Virus record (IMG/VR): IMGVR_UViG_3300032135_000291
Span: 1 to 64,000 of that record
Source: a virus
Lineage: Duplodnaviria; Caudoviricetes
Reading direction: 5' to 3' (one strand)
DNA length: 64,000 nucleotides
Part shown: positions 38,842 to 48,096 of the stretch, one piece after another
Numbering within the stretch: position 1 is the first letter of the stretch
Layout: every line of letters begins with the position of its first letter
Made by a program: the position numbers and the translations under genes
Notes under the pieces: generated by a model
Databases searched by the model: none
Seen by the model: the letters and a program-made list of their open reading frames with translations, nothing else
What the model was told of the DNA's origin: nothing

Positions 38842-40194
38842 CTACTTGGCTGCGGCCTCTGCTGGCGTCGCTGCATCACGAGCGATACGGCGGATCTCTG
38901 GTGGCACAAACGCGGGGATGGCCACCGTGCGGTCGATGAGACCGTCCTGCATGGCCTTGGCTCCCACTGTCGCGAGTCGGCCGAGCGCTTTGGAGAGTCC
39001 CGCACGGTCTGCCTCGGTAGGGGCGGCACAGGCGAAAGCCCAGCCTCCCACGTAGCAGTCCAGCGAGAACGTGCCCTTGTCGTCGAGTGCGCGGTCGGCC
39101 AGGCGCGTGAGCACCTGTGCGGCCTGGTCGTGACGCAGGTCTGGATCCCAAGGGGAGCCCGCTTCTGCGATCACCGCGTCCAGATCAGTGGCCTTTGCGA
39201 GTTCACGCGGATCCGCTGCGCGAACCCACGAGATCACGCTCGTCTCCGACGTGTTGTCGGCCCGCTGAGCGAGAGCGACCGCAGCGATATCCGCCCAATG
39301 CGGGCCGAGCAGCGCCCGACACACCTCGACGATGTAGTGCTGCGTGACATAGTCCGGCGAGTCCGCGAAGACGTCTTCGATCAACTCGGTCATCCGAGCC
39401 ATTTCCGTCACGGCACGCTCGGTGTGTTCGAGCATGTCCCACGGCACGAGTGTGCCCGGCGTCCACCGGTTATCCACGGCACGGAATACCTTGTCGGGGT
39501 CCTGGTCAAACATCCGGTTCACGAGGCGGACAGTGGACTCGCGCGGCGGCGTGGTGGCGCCAGCAAAGCCGGTAGACCACTCGTCGACGAACAGTTTGCG
39601 GTCGCCGAACCAGGCGACGTGCCCGCCGCGGTTCAGGACGGCTTCGTTGAGGGGGATGACGCTCGATACAGCGCCCTCGGGGTTTGCGGCCATGACGATC
39701 GAGATGTGCTTGGAAATATCAGCGTCCTCGAACTTGCCGTGGGTGAGCAGACCCAGCATCGCGTTCTGCTGGCTGGGCATACAGGTAGTCAGTTCGTCCA
39801 CGAAGAGAATCGTCAGGCCGTTCGCTTCCTCGGCGTGCCGCATCACTTGCTCGGCGACGCGAGGGATGGAGCGCTGCATGACGGTCTTGTCGCCCTCGCG
39901 GGAGGTGTACATCATGCCGTGGATGATCGTCGGGTCCTGCGTCGACGGTTGCAGCGTGATGACCTGGTACGGGACATCGTTGTTGTCGCGCTCGCGGCCG
40001 AGTGCCTCGATGGTGCGCGTCTTGCGGGCGCCCACAGGTCCCCAAAGCGTCACGGGGGTGCGGTTGGCCAGGAAGAGACGGAGCAGGTCTACAGCCACCC
40101 TGCGGGGGTTGTGGACGAGTTCCGCGGCGCTGGTGGCGTTGGTGCCCCAGAGCCGCTCCGTGGCGGCTAGCGGCAGGAAGGACGGGTCAGGCAC
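38842..40194 (-). CDS. MoxR-like AAA+ ATPase with variant Walker A
   Basis: GPVGARKT, LFVDELTT, VMAANP, NRGGH; SD GAGGA before GTG. Confidence 0.8.
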   Translation of the reverse strand: MPDPSFLPLAATERLWGTNATSAAELVHNPRRVAVDLLRLFLANRTPVTLWGPVGARKTRTIEALGRERDNNDVPYQVITLQPSTQDPTIIHGMMYTSREGDKTVMQRSIPRVAEQVMRHAEEANGLTILFVDELTTCMPSQQNAMLGLLTHGKFEDADISKHISIVMAANPEGAVSSVIPLNEAVLNRGGHVAWFGDRKLFVDEWSTGFAGATTPPRESTVRLVNRMFDQDPDKVFRAVDNRWTPGTLVPWDMLEHTERAVTEMARMTELIEDVFADSPDYVTQHYIVEVCRALLGPHWADIAAVALAQRADNTSETSVISWVRAADPRELAKATDLDAVIAEAGSPWDPDLRHDQAAQVLTRLADRALDDKGTFSLDCYVGGWAFACAAPTEADRAGLSKALGRLATVGAKAMQDGLIDRTVAIPAFVPPEIRRIARDAATPAEAAAK

Positions 40195-40849
40195 GCTGTC
40201 CTCGGAAGGACTCGCCGTCGAACGAAGCGATGGTGGATGAGTCGCGGATGCGGTCCCAGCCGCTGTCGCCAACGATGTCTTGTAGGCCGATGCCGTCGCG
40301 ATTGCCGCGAAGAGCCATGTTGCTGGTGATGATCGTGATCCGATCGTTGGCCCACCGGGAGTCGATGAGACTCCACAGGCTACGGCGTTGGTGGTCAGAC
40401 ATCCCGTCGTTCATCGCGCCGAGGTCGTCGATCACCAGGATGGGCGCCGCGCAAAGGTCTTCGAGCACTTCCGCTGCGCTGCGGCCTTCCCAGCCGAACG
40501 AGAACTGGGTGAGCATGCCGGTCGCCGCAACGAAGCGTGCGGACAGGTGGTGAGTCTTGATGAGTTCGGTCACCAGCGCACACGCGGCGGTCGACTTTCC
40601 TGTGCCCGTAGGACCCGTCAAGACGAGGAACTTGGTGGGAGCCTCCAAGTAGCGGGAGAGCGTGAGCGCGTCCCCTCGACCGAGGGCGCCCGACCAGTTG
40701 GAGCCGTTGGTCAGCGTCTCAACGCCGAACGCGCGGTATTGCCCTGGTGTTTGGCGCGCAAACTGCTCAAGCGCGTGCTCAATAACTTCGTCAGCGGCCT
40801 CGGCCTGACGTTGGGCCAGTCGGTCGAGTCTGCGGGTCGGGGTAATCAT
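40187..40849 (-). CDS. DnaC/IstB-like ATPase (helicase loader)
   Basis: GPTGTGKS, LVIDDLG, IDSRW, IITSN; leaderless TAGTCT-N6-ATG. Confidence 0.9.
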   Translation of the reverse strand: MITPTRRLDRLAQRQAEAADEVIEHALEQFARQTPGQYRAFGVETLTNGSNWSGALGRGDALTLSRYLEAPTKFLVLTGPTGTGKSTAACALVTELIKTHHLSARFVAATGMLTQFSFGWEGRSAAEVLEDLCAAPILVIDDLGAMNDGMSDHQRRSLWSLIDSRWANDRITIITSNMALRGNRDGIGLQDIVGDSGWDRIRDSSTIASFDGESFRGQRA

Positions 40850-40855
40850 GCGGGA

Positions 40856-40867
40856 AGACTACCACAC
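40856..40867 (-). promoter_or_regulatory. Class A promoter motif
   Basis: GTGTGG-TAGTCT-N6-ATG 40849. Confidence 0.7.
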
Positions 40868-40898
40868 AATTGCGATCGCTCATCCGCTATGCGCCGCC

Positions 40899-40908
40899 TG
40901 GATACTCT
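40899..40908 (+). promoter_or_regulatory. Class B promoter motif
   Basis: TGGA-TACTCT-N6-GTG 40915. Confidence 0.75.
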
Positions 40909-40914
40909 GTAACC

Positions 40915-41874
40915 GTGAGCGAGTGCACAGCGAAGTCCGGGCAGCACGTCTCCGAGCGCGCGGCGCAGAAATGTCCCGTGCACAAGGTCCGTGACGGAAG
41001 TGCACCAATGTCTCCGGCCCGCGCCGCGGGGCTCGCCAGGGCGAAGGCCGCACCGCCCGCCTTCGCCGGGCCGCTCAACTTGCCTCAGAACAGCGCGTCG
41101 TCATCCTCTCTGGTCCCCCTCAAAGGGTTCCACAACGTCGGGTTCCGGCTCGAAGCCAAGCACCGGGCCGTGTTTCGTCCAGGGACGTCATTCGGTGGCT
41201 GCACCTTCGAGGACGGCCTTGGCCGTTCAGATGACGGATCCGCCGACAAACACGCTGCATTGGCGCTCATCGACTGCGAGGTCTACGGCGACTCTCACCT
41301 GGGCACCGGGTCGCACATCCTCGACAGCACCGTGCATGGCTCCTTGTCTCTCGACAACGCACGCGCAGAGCGCTGCACAATCGAAGGGTCGGCGGAGGTC
41401 CACTTCGGTGCCGAGTTGGTCGACTGCGAGGCCAAGCACGTGGGCGTGGACACTGGGGCGACGGCATCTTTCACGAAGCCGGTGGGCGTAGGGTCCGGGC
41501 CGCAGGTGCACATCAACACGGGCCTCTGGGGGCAAACGCCTGCGAAGATCCACCTCGCGGCCGGCGGCGTCATCCACGCCTCCCCGGAGGACGTAGAGGT
41601 GACAGGTGCTCTCGACTTCGTTGTGCTGGTCGAGCCGCCGAGCAAGGTCGCAGAAGATAGCGCCGTGTGGAGGTCGAACGAGAACATCGCCAGGGCGCGT
41701 TACGCGACGGCCGTGGCGACCGATCGCTCCGACCCCTTGTGGCTTTCGACCCAGAATACCGACGCGTGGCAGATGATCTTCGATGGCGGATACGTGGACG
41801 CAACGGACTCCGACCCGCAGCCCGTACCGGAAGAAGTCCGGTCGTGGGTGCTCGCGCTGTACCCCAATCCGTAG
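40915..41874 (+). CDS. Zn-knuckle / LALxPNP family protein (beta-helix-like middle)
   Basis: CTAKSGQHVSERAAQKCPVH ... WLSTQNTDAW ... WVLALYPNP*. Confidence 0.8.
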   Translation: MSECTAKSGQHVSERAAQKCPVHKVRDGSAPMSPARAAGLARAKAAPPAFAGPLNLPQNSASSSSLVPLKGFHNVGFRLEAKHRAVFRPGTSFGGCTFEDGLGRSDDGSADKHAALALIDCEVYGDSHLGTGSHILDSTVHGSLSLDNARAERCTIEGSAEVHFGAELVDCEAKHVGVDTGATASFTKPVGVGSGPQVHINTGLWGQTPAKIHLAAGGVIHASPEDVEVTGALDFVVLVEPPSKVAEDSAVWRSNENIARARYATAVATDRSDPLWLSTQNTDAWQMIFDGGYVDATDSDPQPVPEEVRSWVLALYPNP

Positions 41875-41893
41875 CGTCTAACCCCGGCTAAAG

Positions 41894-41905
41894 GTGTGGT
41901 AGGCT
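41894..41905 (+). promoter_or_regulatory. Class A promoter motif
   Basis: GTGTGG-TAGGCT upstream of dnaB. Confidence 0.65.
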
Positions 41906-41939
41906 TTCGTCTTGCACTCACCTTTGGGAAGTCGGAGAC

Positions 41940-43439
41940 ATGTCGCAAGAATCAAGCACGAGAACCTCTATGGCGCTGCCGCACGCCCCGGCGACCGAGG
42001 CAAGCGTCCTGGCATCCAGCCTTATTGACAACCGGTACTGGCCGCTAGCCGAGTCGCTCGACCCCGACGTGGAGACGCTCTTCTATGAGCCCGACCACGC
42101 CCGTGTAGCGGCAGCAATGCACAGGCTCTTCGCCGCGGGACGCATGGTCACCGAGGACTCCGTCATCGACGTGATGCGCACCACCGGTGATGAAATTGAA
42201 GGCGGCACGCGCGACTTCCTGCTCGAACTGGCGCTGCGCGCGTCTGCTCGCGAGCAGCGCGAGTTCAAGGACCAGATTTCAACCCTCGCCGAGAAGCGCA
42301 CCCTGCGGGGGATGCACTCGTCGCTCTTGCAGTTGTCGGAGCGCGCTCGCAACGAGGAGGCGACACCGGCAGAACTGGCCGAGGCCGCGCGCTCTGTGGC
42401 CGAGACAGGCCGCAGCGGGGCCGGGCCCATCAAGCGGTTCGGCGAGTACATCGACTCGATGGACGCCAAGGCTTCGTACCGGATCCCAACGTGCCTCAGC
42501 GGGCTGAACAACATCATTGGCGGCTGGGAGTCCGGACGCACCTACGCGATCGGCGCACGGCCGAAGGTCGGCAAGTCCGCCTTGGCGCTCAACTCTGCCA
42601 TCAGCGGGCTCGCGTCCGGGGCTGTCGTCGTCGTGTTCTCCTTTGAGATGTCGCGACGCGAGTTGTGGGGGCGGCTGCTGGCTTGTGCGGCCGGTCTTGA
42701 CGTGACCCTGGTTCAGAAGTATCTGAACAAGGAGATGTCGATCGACGACTTCCCTGCCGAGCAGCGTGAGGACCTCGAAGCGACTGTCGACCAGTTCCGT
42801 GTCGCAGACTTGTTTATCGTGGAGGAGTCTGACGTTCGCTCGGGTCTTCACGACGTGATCGCCACCATGGTCGATATCAAGGCGCGCTACGGCGACCGGA
42901 AAATGGTCGTCTTCGTTGACTACCTGCAACTGCTCGTCAGGGACGCCCACGAGACGGTCGCGGAAGTGACCAACATGACCCGCGAGTTCAAACTCATGGC
43001 CGGGCGTCTCGACATCCCCATCGTCATGCTGTCGCAGATCAACAGAGGCGGCGCAGGCGGAGACACAGGGATGCCGAGCCCGCACCACATGAGAGGCTCC
43101 GGCTCCATCGAGGAGGCCGCCGACGTCACCATCCTGATGCACCGCAAGCACCTCGACGACAACGACCACCCCGAGTCCGACATGCAACTGCACGTGGCGC
43201 TGTCGCGCTACTCGAGCAATGGCTGGGTGGACGCGTTCTATGCGGTCCGGGAGCAGATCCTGTCCGACGCCAACAGCGACGGGCAGCCGACGGGGGAGGG
43301 CGACCACGAGTCACGCCAGTCGTCACGCCCCGCAGGCGCCACCACGCGACCCGCAGAGGTTACGGCCGAGGTGGACGTAGACGACCCCGACTTTGACGAC
43401 GCCAGCGTCGACGAGTTGGACCCTGAGTACAGTTCCTAG
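41940..43439 (+). CDS. dnaB: Replicative DNA helicase DnaB
   Basis: LPHAPATEASVL, GARPKVGKS, FVDYLQL, LSQINR, RGSGSIEEAADV. Confidence 0.93.
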   Translation: MSQESSTRTSMALPHAPATEASVLASSLIDNRYWPLAESLDPDVETLFYEPDHARVAAAMHRLFAAGRMVTEDSVIDVMRTTGDEIEGGTRDFLLELALRASAREQREFKDQISTLAEKRTLRGMHSSLLQLSERARNEEATPAELAEAARSVAETGRSGAGPIKRFGEYIDSMDAKASYRIPTCLSGLNNIIGGWESGRTYAIGARPKVGKSALALNSAISGLASGAVVVVFSFEMSRRELWGRLLACAAGLDVTLVQKYLNKEMSIDDFPAEQREDLEATVDQFRVADLFIVEESDVRSGLHDVIATMVDIKARYGDRKMVVFVDYLQLLVRDAHETVAEVTNMTREFKLMAGRLDIPIVMLSQINRGGAGGDTGMPSPHHMRGSGSIEEAADVTILMHRKHLDDNDHPESDMQLHVALSRYSSNGWVDAFYAVREQILSDANSDGQPTGEGDHESRQSSRPAGATTRPAEVTAEVDVDDPDFDDASVDELDPEYSS

Positions 43440-43463
43440 ACCCCACACGAAAGAGGAGACTCC

Positions 43464-43574
43464 ATGGACGGCGACAAATGCGTTGGATGCGGGACGGCCA
43501 TCACGGATGAGAACGCCACACAGGACCCCGACGGCGTGACGTACGGGCTTTGCGATGAGTGCGCTGGCGACTGA
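43464..43574 (+). CDS. 36-aa CxxC..CxxC zinc-ribbon peptide (not in ORF track)
   Basis: MDGDKCVGCGTAITDENATQDPDGVTYGLCDECAGD*; SD AGAGGAG. Confidence 0.6.
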   Translation: MDGDKCVGCGTAITDENATQDPDGVTYGLCDECAGD

Positions 43575-43584
43575 GTCCGCCTAC

Positions 43585-43619
43585 ACAGAAGCGCCGGGGT
43601 TTCCCTCCGGCGCTTCTGT
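43585..43619. terminator. Bidirectional intrinsic terminator between convergent genes
   Basis: ACAGAAGCGCCGG-N9-CCGGCGCTTCTGT followed by GTTTCT. Confidence 0.75.
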
Positions 43620-43642
43620 GTTTCTGCTGTCGGGTGTGGCGC

Positions 43643-44404
43643 CTAGGCTGCCGCATCCCTCATCAGATGATCCGACTGTGCTTCCTGTGTGACCAGGTTC
43701 GCGATCTGCGCGGCGCGGTCCTCGAAGTCTTTGCGCATGCCCTTGAGCATGCCGCCGTTGGAGTACGACCGGCGCATCGCGTTGAACCTGTTGATCATGA
43801 GGTGGCGCTCGCGCTCATCCAGTCCGCCCCAGACCCCGAACGTGTCGTTGCCGATGGTGCTTGCGGTGAGGCATTCGAGGCGGAAGGAGCATCCCTGGCA
43901 CTCGTTCTTGGCTTCGTCGTACTTGGCTCTGTTGCGCAGCACGATCTGAGTGAACTTGGCGATCGAGATGCCAGCGTCCTTTTTCTTATCCTGATTCGTG
44001 TTGACCTCGGCCTCGTCCTGGTTGGCGTCTTCATCGCCCAGCGGGTCGAGCGTCGGCTCCCAGAGGATTGCGTCTAGGTCGGCATCTGACGGGAAGAAGA
44101 TTTCGGGGTTCACGTCGTCGGACTGGCAGTTGGCTGTTGACGGCATCGTCGGTGGCTTCACGTGGTGCTTGGTCGCGAGGAGCCATGTCAGGAATGCGTG
44201 CTCGACGAAGTGCGTCACGACGTTGTTCGCAAGTCCGCCGAGGGCAACGTACGAGCGCCCGGTGGGAGGCCTGTGGCGAATGGTGATCCCGTCGCCAAGA
44301 AGGCTCTCGCTGATGAGAGCGCTGATGCTTTCCGATCCATCACTGTCACGCGGGGACTCGACCCCCGCGTGGAGGTCGGTGTCTGCGGAGCGGGTGCTGA
44401 TCAT
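43643..44404 (-). CDS. whiB: WhiB family transcriptional regulator with long extension and insertion
   Basis: C..EIFFP..AKNECQGCSFRLEC..FGVWGGLDERER. Confidence 0.9.
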   Translation of the reverse strand: MISTRSADTDLHAGVESPRDSDGSESISALISESLLGDGITIRHRPPTGRSYVALGGLANNVVTHFVEHAFLTWLLATKHHVKPPTMPSTANCQSDDVNPEIFFPSDADLDAILWEPTLDPLGDEDANQDEAEVNTNQDKKKDAGISIAKFTQIVLRNRAKYDEAKNECQGCSFRLECLTASTIGNDTFGVWGGLDERERHLMINRFNAMRRSYSNGGMLKGMRKDFEDRAAQIANLVTQEAQSDHLMRDAAA

Positions 44405-44454
44405 CGGCAGTATCTCTTCCGTTCGTGGCCGGGATTGGCTATGCTGCTGAGGGA

Positions 44455-44466
44455 AGACTACCACAC
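44455..44466 (-). promoter_or_regulatory. Class A promoter motif
   Basis: GTGTGG-TAGTCT upstream of whiB. Confidence 0.65.
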
Positions 44467-44535
44467 CTTTGCCGAATAGCAACAACGCGCGCGGAGACGC
44501 AAAGTGGCCCAGAGCGCAAACGGATATGGTGGGCT

Positions 44536-44545
44536 TGGATACTCT
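44536..44545 (+). promoter_or_regulatory. Class B promoter motif (leadered)
   Basis: TGGA-TACTCT, then SD GAGGA and ATG 44581. Confidence 0.65.
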
Positions 44546-44580
44546 TGGAGTAGACAAACCTTCCACACGAGAGGACGACC

Positions 44581-46146
44581 ATGTCGAAGGCCTTGATTCC
44601 CTGCCCATTGGGTGCGCAGTGCCGCACCGGCTCCACCCTGGGGCACGAACCCGGAAGCGACGCGTTGCGTGACTGCACCGCAGCCGCAGTCGGCTCGGGA
44701 CAGGCTTCGGCCACCCGCGGTCAGCACGACCCGACCGCCGCGTACCAGCAGTTAACCGACCCCATGAAGCGCCTGACCTCTCAGGTCAAGCGCGCGTTCG
44801 GCGCTGACGGCCGCGGTATCCCCAACCTTGTGGGCCCTCCCGGTATCGGCAAGTCGGCCATCGTCGAGAATATGGCGCGGTCCATGAACGCGGACTACAT
44901 GATCTTTGACGTGTCATCCCTGGATCCGGACATCTTCAACGGCATTCCGTACAACCCGGGTGGCGAGGTCCCCGAAGGCATGATGGTCATGGCAGGGCGC
45001 CTCTACGAGCGCGAGGTCGTGTCGATGTTCTCCCGCTCGGACAAGAAGGACAAGCCGCTACTCGTCTTCCTCGATGAGATCAACGGTGGCAAGGAAGCGC
45101 TGATGTCGTCCTTGCAGAAGGTCATGACCGGACGCATGTTGCCGCAGGAGGGTGTGTCGCTCAACGACAACGTCTTCCTGGTCGCAGCGATGAACGATGC
45201 AGACCAGACGTCCAACGGTAACGACCTCGCCGCGGCCATGGTGTCGCGTCTGACGCCGATCCCCGTGAACCCGAACTTCGACGAGTGGACGAACGGAGAA
45301 CTGACCTTCTGGGGCCAGGGGTACAACGAAGAGCGAACATCGGCTGTCGCGCGCGCCCTGGACCTCAAGGCTCCCACAGTCGAGCAGCACCTCATGGCGG
45401 CCGCCTCGGTGGCCTCCTACTTGGAGGACATGGGCAACCCCCGCTTGAAGTCGCTCTCGCGAGACGAAACCTCAATGAACCTCTTCTCGGAGCCGTTGGA
45501 CGAGGACGACCTGACCACCAAGGTGGGTCAGCCTCGGTCGTGGTCCAAGGCCATTTCCGGCATCGCTATGGCGATCGCGAACCCGGACGAAGGGGAGTCG
45601 GACACCAGCGCCTACGCAGATGTCATCCGATCCAACTGTGGCGAGCGTGCCGCACGCGGCTTCGTCGCGTACCACGAGACTCACCGCGACCTCCCCGACA
45701 TCAAGGGCGCCCTGGACAAGGGGACGCTTGGGGACGCACCCACCGAATGGGCACGCAACGGTCGCAGCGACATCCCGATGTTCACCATGTCCGTCCTGGC
45801 GAACCAGAACTTCGAGAACGACATCGAGAAGATGGGTGTCGCGGTCGACCTCATCGGCGAGATCGCGGGGAAGTTCCCCGACATCGCTGGTGCGAAGGTC
45901 GCACCCATCGTGAAGCAGTGGACCGGCCAGATCCGCGACGAGTATGGCGTTTCCAGCGAGCAGGGCAAGGCGCTGTCGACAATGCTTGCCGAGAAGATCA
46001 ATAAGAAGGGCAACGAGCCGCTTCGTGTCGCGGTCGGAAGGTCCGGCGTTGTTGCAGGCCTCGTCGACGGACGCTCGGACATCGACCAGATTGCGGTGAG
46101 CGCAGCGAAGGCTGCCGCGAACGACGACGACAAGAAGAAGAACTAG
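44581..46146 (+). CDS. MoxR-like AAA+ ATPase with N-terminal Zn knuckle
   Basis: CPLGAQCRTGSTLGHEPGSDALRDC; GPPGIGKS, FLDEIN, AAMN, PRSW. Confidence 0.88.
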   Translation: MSKALIPCPLGAQCRTGSTLGHEPGSDALRDCTAAAVGSGQASATRGQHDPTAAYQQLTDPMKRLTSQVKRAFGADGRGIPNLVGPPGIGKSAIVENMARSMNADYMIFDVSSLDPDIFNGIPYNPGGEVPEGMMVMAGRLYEREVVSMFSRSDKKDKPLLVFLDEINGGKEALMSSLQKVMTGRMLPQEGVSLNDNVFLVAAMNDADQTSNGNDLAAAMVSRLTPIPVNPNFDEWTNGELTFWGQGYNEERTSAVARALDLKAPTVEQHLMAAASVASYLEDMGNPRLKSLSRDETSMNLFSEPLDEDDLTTKVGQPRSWSKAISGIAMAIANPDEGESDTSAYADVIRSNCGERAARGFVAYHETHRDLPDIKGALDKGTLGDAPTEWARNGRSDIPMFTMSVLANQNFENDIEKMGVAVDLIGEIAGKFPDIAGAKVAPIVKQWTGQIRDEYGVSSEQGKALSTMLAEKINKKGNEPLRVAVGRSGVVAGLVDGRSDIDQIAVSAAKAAANDDDKKKN

Positions 46147-46164
46147 GCAGCGGGGGACTCTCCA

Positions 46165-48096
46165 ATGAGCACGCCAGGCGTCACGCGCACCATCCCCGCC
46201 GGGGGCATCGCATGCCTCAGCAACGGGCGGTGTGGAGAGTCGACCGGCTGGCACCACATGGGCTCCGACGCGCACAAGCGCTGCATCCACGCTGCCGAGG
46301 CACTGGATGCGACCGGAGCGCGGGTCAGGGACGCCGTGACTGCGGGCAATATGCGGGCCAATCAGCAGCCAGGTGACCACGAGCGTCGTCCGCTGCGCCG
46401 ACTGGAGCAGGACGAAAGCGAACTCCTCAACAGCACCCGCGCGATGGCCTTGAAGTTCCTGCCGTTCTACTCGCACATGATGTACCGCGTGCGCCCTGTC
46501 GCCGTAGACGAGGAGCCGACGATCCTGCCCGATGGCACACCCCAGTGGGAGATGCGTGCCGCTATCTCTCGGGACTGGCGCCTCATGCTCAACTTTGACT
46601 GGATGCGCTACGAGTTCGAGCAGGGCTACGAGAACAACAAGGACCGTGTTGCCAAGGCAATGATCGAGTCAGACGTCACGCCGACCGACGAAGCGGTTCG
46701 CCGCGGCTGCGACACGGCGACGTCCGTCCAACTCGGGAAGGTGCTCCTCCACGAGATGGGGCACGCGATGTACAACACGTGGGAAGTCGCCGAGGAGAGG
46801 AAACTCGACGGCCAGACCCTGAACCGCGCAGAGGACGCTGTCATCAACAACGCGTTGCGCGTGCTGGGTCACGGCAAGGCCCCGCTCGAGAACAAGGACA
46901 TCAACGGCGAGTTCCTCCCGAACGCTGTCTACGGTGGAACCGTGGAGTGTGACGACCCCAACCACTCATGGCACTACATCGACCCGGAGACGGGCGAAAC
47001 GTCTTCGCGTTGCTCGTATGAGCAGACGATTTGGCACTACTACGAGCGCCTCGACAAGCAGGAGAAGGAAGACTCAAAGCAGGGGTCAACCGGCGACGGC
47101 GACCCCGACGGTGCGCCAGACGCCGCGAAGGGCGAGGCAAAGGGCGATCAGAAGGGCCAGGCTGGCGGCTCGCAAAGAACCGAAGGCTCTCCCTCTGGTT
47201 CCACGCCCGGGGCCGAAGGCGACGGTGACGGCGAAGGAGGCGAAGGCGCCAAGCCCTCTGACGCATGTGGACGCAAGGCTGCCGAGAAGTACGAGGACGA
47301 CCCATACGAGAAGGGGAGCATCAGCGAGTCGCAGAAGCAGGACTCGCTCGACGTGACCGCATCGGAACTTGACGAGTGGGGCAAGGAGAACGAGGAACGC
47401 GCCAAGAAGGCAGGCTTCGGCTCCGATTCGATGGCCCGCAAGTGGGCCCAGCACCGCCGCAAGATCGACGGGATTCACTGGGACGCGCTGCTCAAGAGGA
47501 CCATACGCAAGACCGTGGAGTCCAAGAAGAGCACGCGCGAGACCTACACAAAGGTTCGCCGGCGCGACGCCTCCAACTCCGGGATCCTGCGTCGCGGCAC
47601 CAAGGCGGGCTACATGCCCTCGATCGCCGCGGCAGTCGACACCTCGGGTTCGATGTCGCCAGACGACCTCTTCGCCGCGTACAACAGCGTGTACTCCGTC
47701 ATCAAGAGGACGGGCATCAACCACCTGGACGCGTTCGCTGTCGACTCCGAAGCGAAGACCAAGCCGATTGCGATCAAGAAGGCCGAAGACTTGGCTCCGC
47801 TACTTCGCGGTGGAGGCGGTACTGACATGTGCGCCGGCATTGAGGTGGCAGCACAGGCGGACAAGGACGTCTGCATCGTCTTCACTGACGGAGTCGTCCC
47901 GTGGGGCAAGATGGCCGAGCGCCCGAGTGACACCAAGAAGATGGACGTGATCATCGCCATCATCGCGGAGAACGATGATGCGTGTGCGCGCTTGGCGGAC
48001 GACGTGCCCTCCTGGATGAGCACGGTCAAGATCAACAAGGAACTGCTCGACGAGGGCCGCGAGAAGAAGACCCCCAAGGACGGGTACCTTGGCTAG
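46165..48096 (+). CDS. HExxH metallopeptidase-like plus vWA domain protein (DUF2201-type) with N-terminal Zn knuckle
   Basis: CLSNGRCGESTGWHHMGSDAHKRC; LLHEMGH; VDTSGSM, GGGGTD, FTDG. Confidence 0.85.
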   Translation: MSTPGVTRTIPAGGIACLSNGRCGESTGWHHMGSDAHKRCIHAAEALDATGARVRDAVTAGNMRANQQPGDHERRPLRRLEQDESELLNSTRAMALKFLPFYSHMMYRVRPVAVDEEPTILPDGTPQWEMRAAISRDWRLMLNFDWMRYEFEQGYENNKDRVAKAMIESDVTPTDEAVRRGCDTATSVQLGKVLLHEMGHAMYNTWEVAEERKLDGQTLNRAEDAVINNALRVLGHGKAPLENKDINGEFLPNAVYGGTVECDDPNHSWHYIDPETGETSSRCSYEQTIWHYYERLDKQEKEDSKQGSTGDGDPDGAPDAAKGEAKGDQKGQAGGSQRTEGSPSGSTPGAEGDGDGEGGEGAKPSDACGRKAAEKYEDDPYEKGSISESQKQDSLDVTASELDEWGKENEERAKKAGFGSDSMARKWAQHRRKIDGIHWDALLKRTIRKTVESKKSTRETYTKVRRRDASNSGILRRGTKAGYMPSIAAAVDTSGSMSPDDLFAAYNSVYSVIKRTGINHLDAFAVDSEAKTKPIAIKKAEDLAPLLRGGGGTDMCAGIEVAAQADKDVCIVFTDGVVPWGKMAERPSDTKKMDVIIAIIAENDDACARLADDVPSWMSTVKINKELLDEGREKKTPKDGYLG

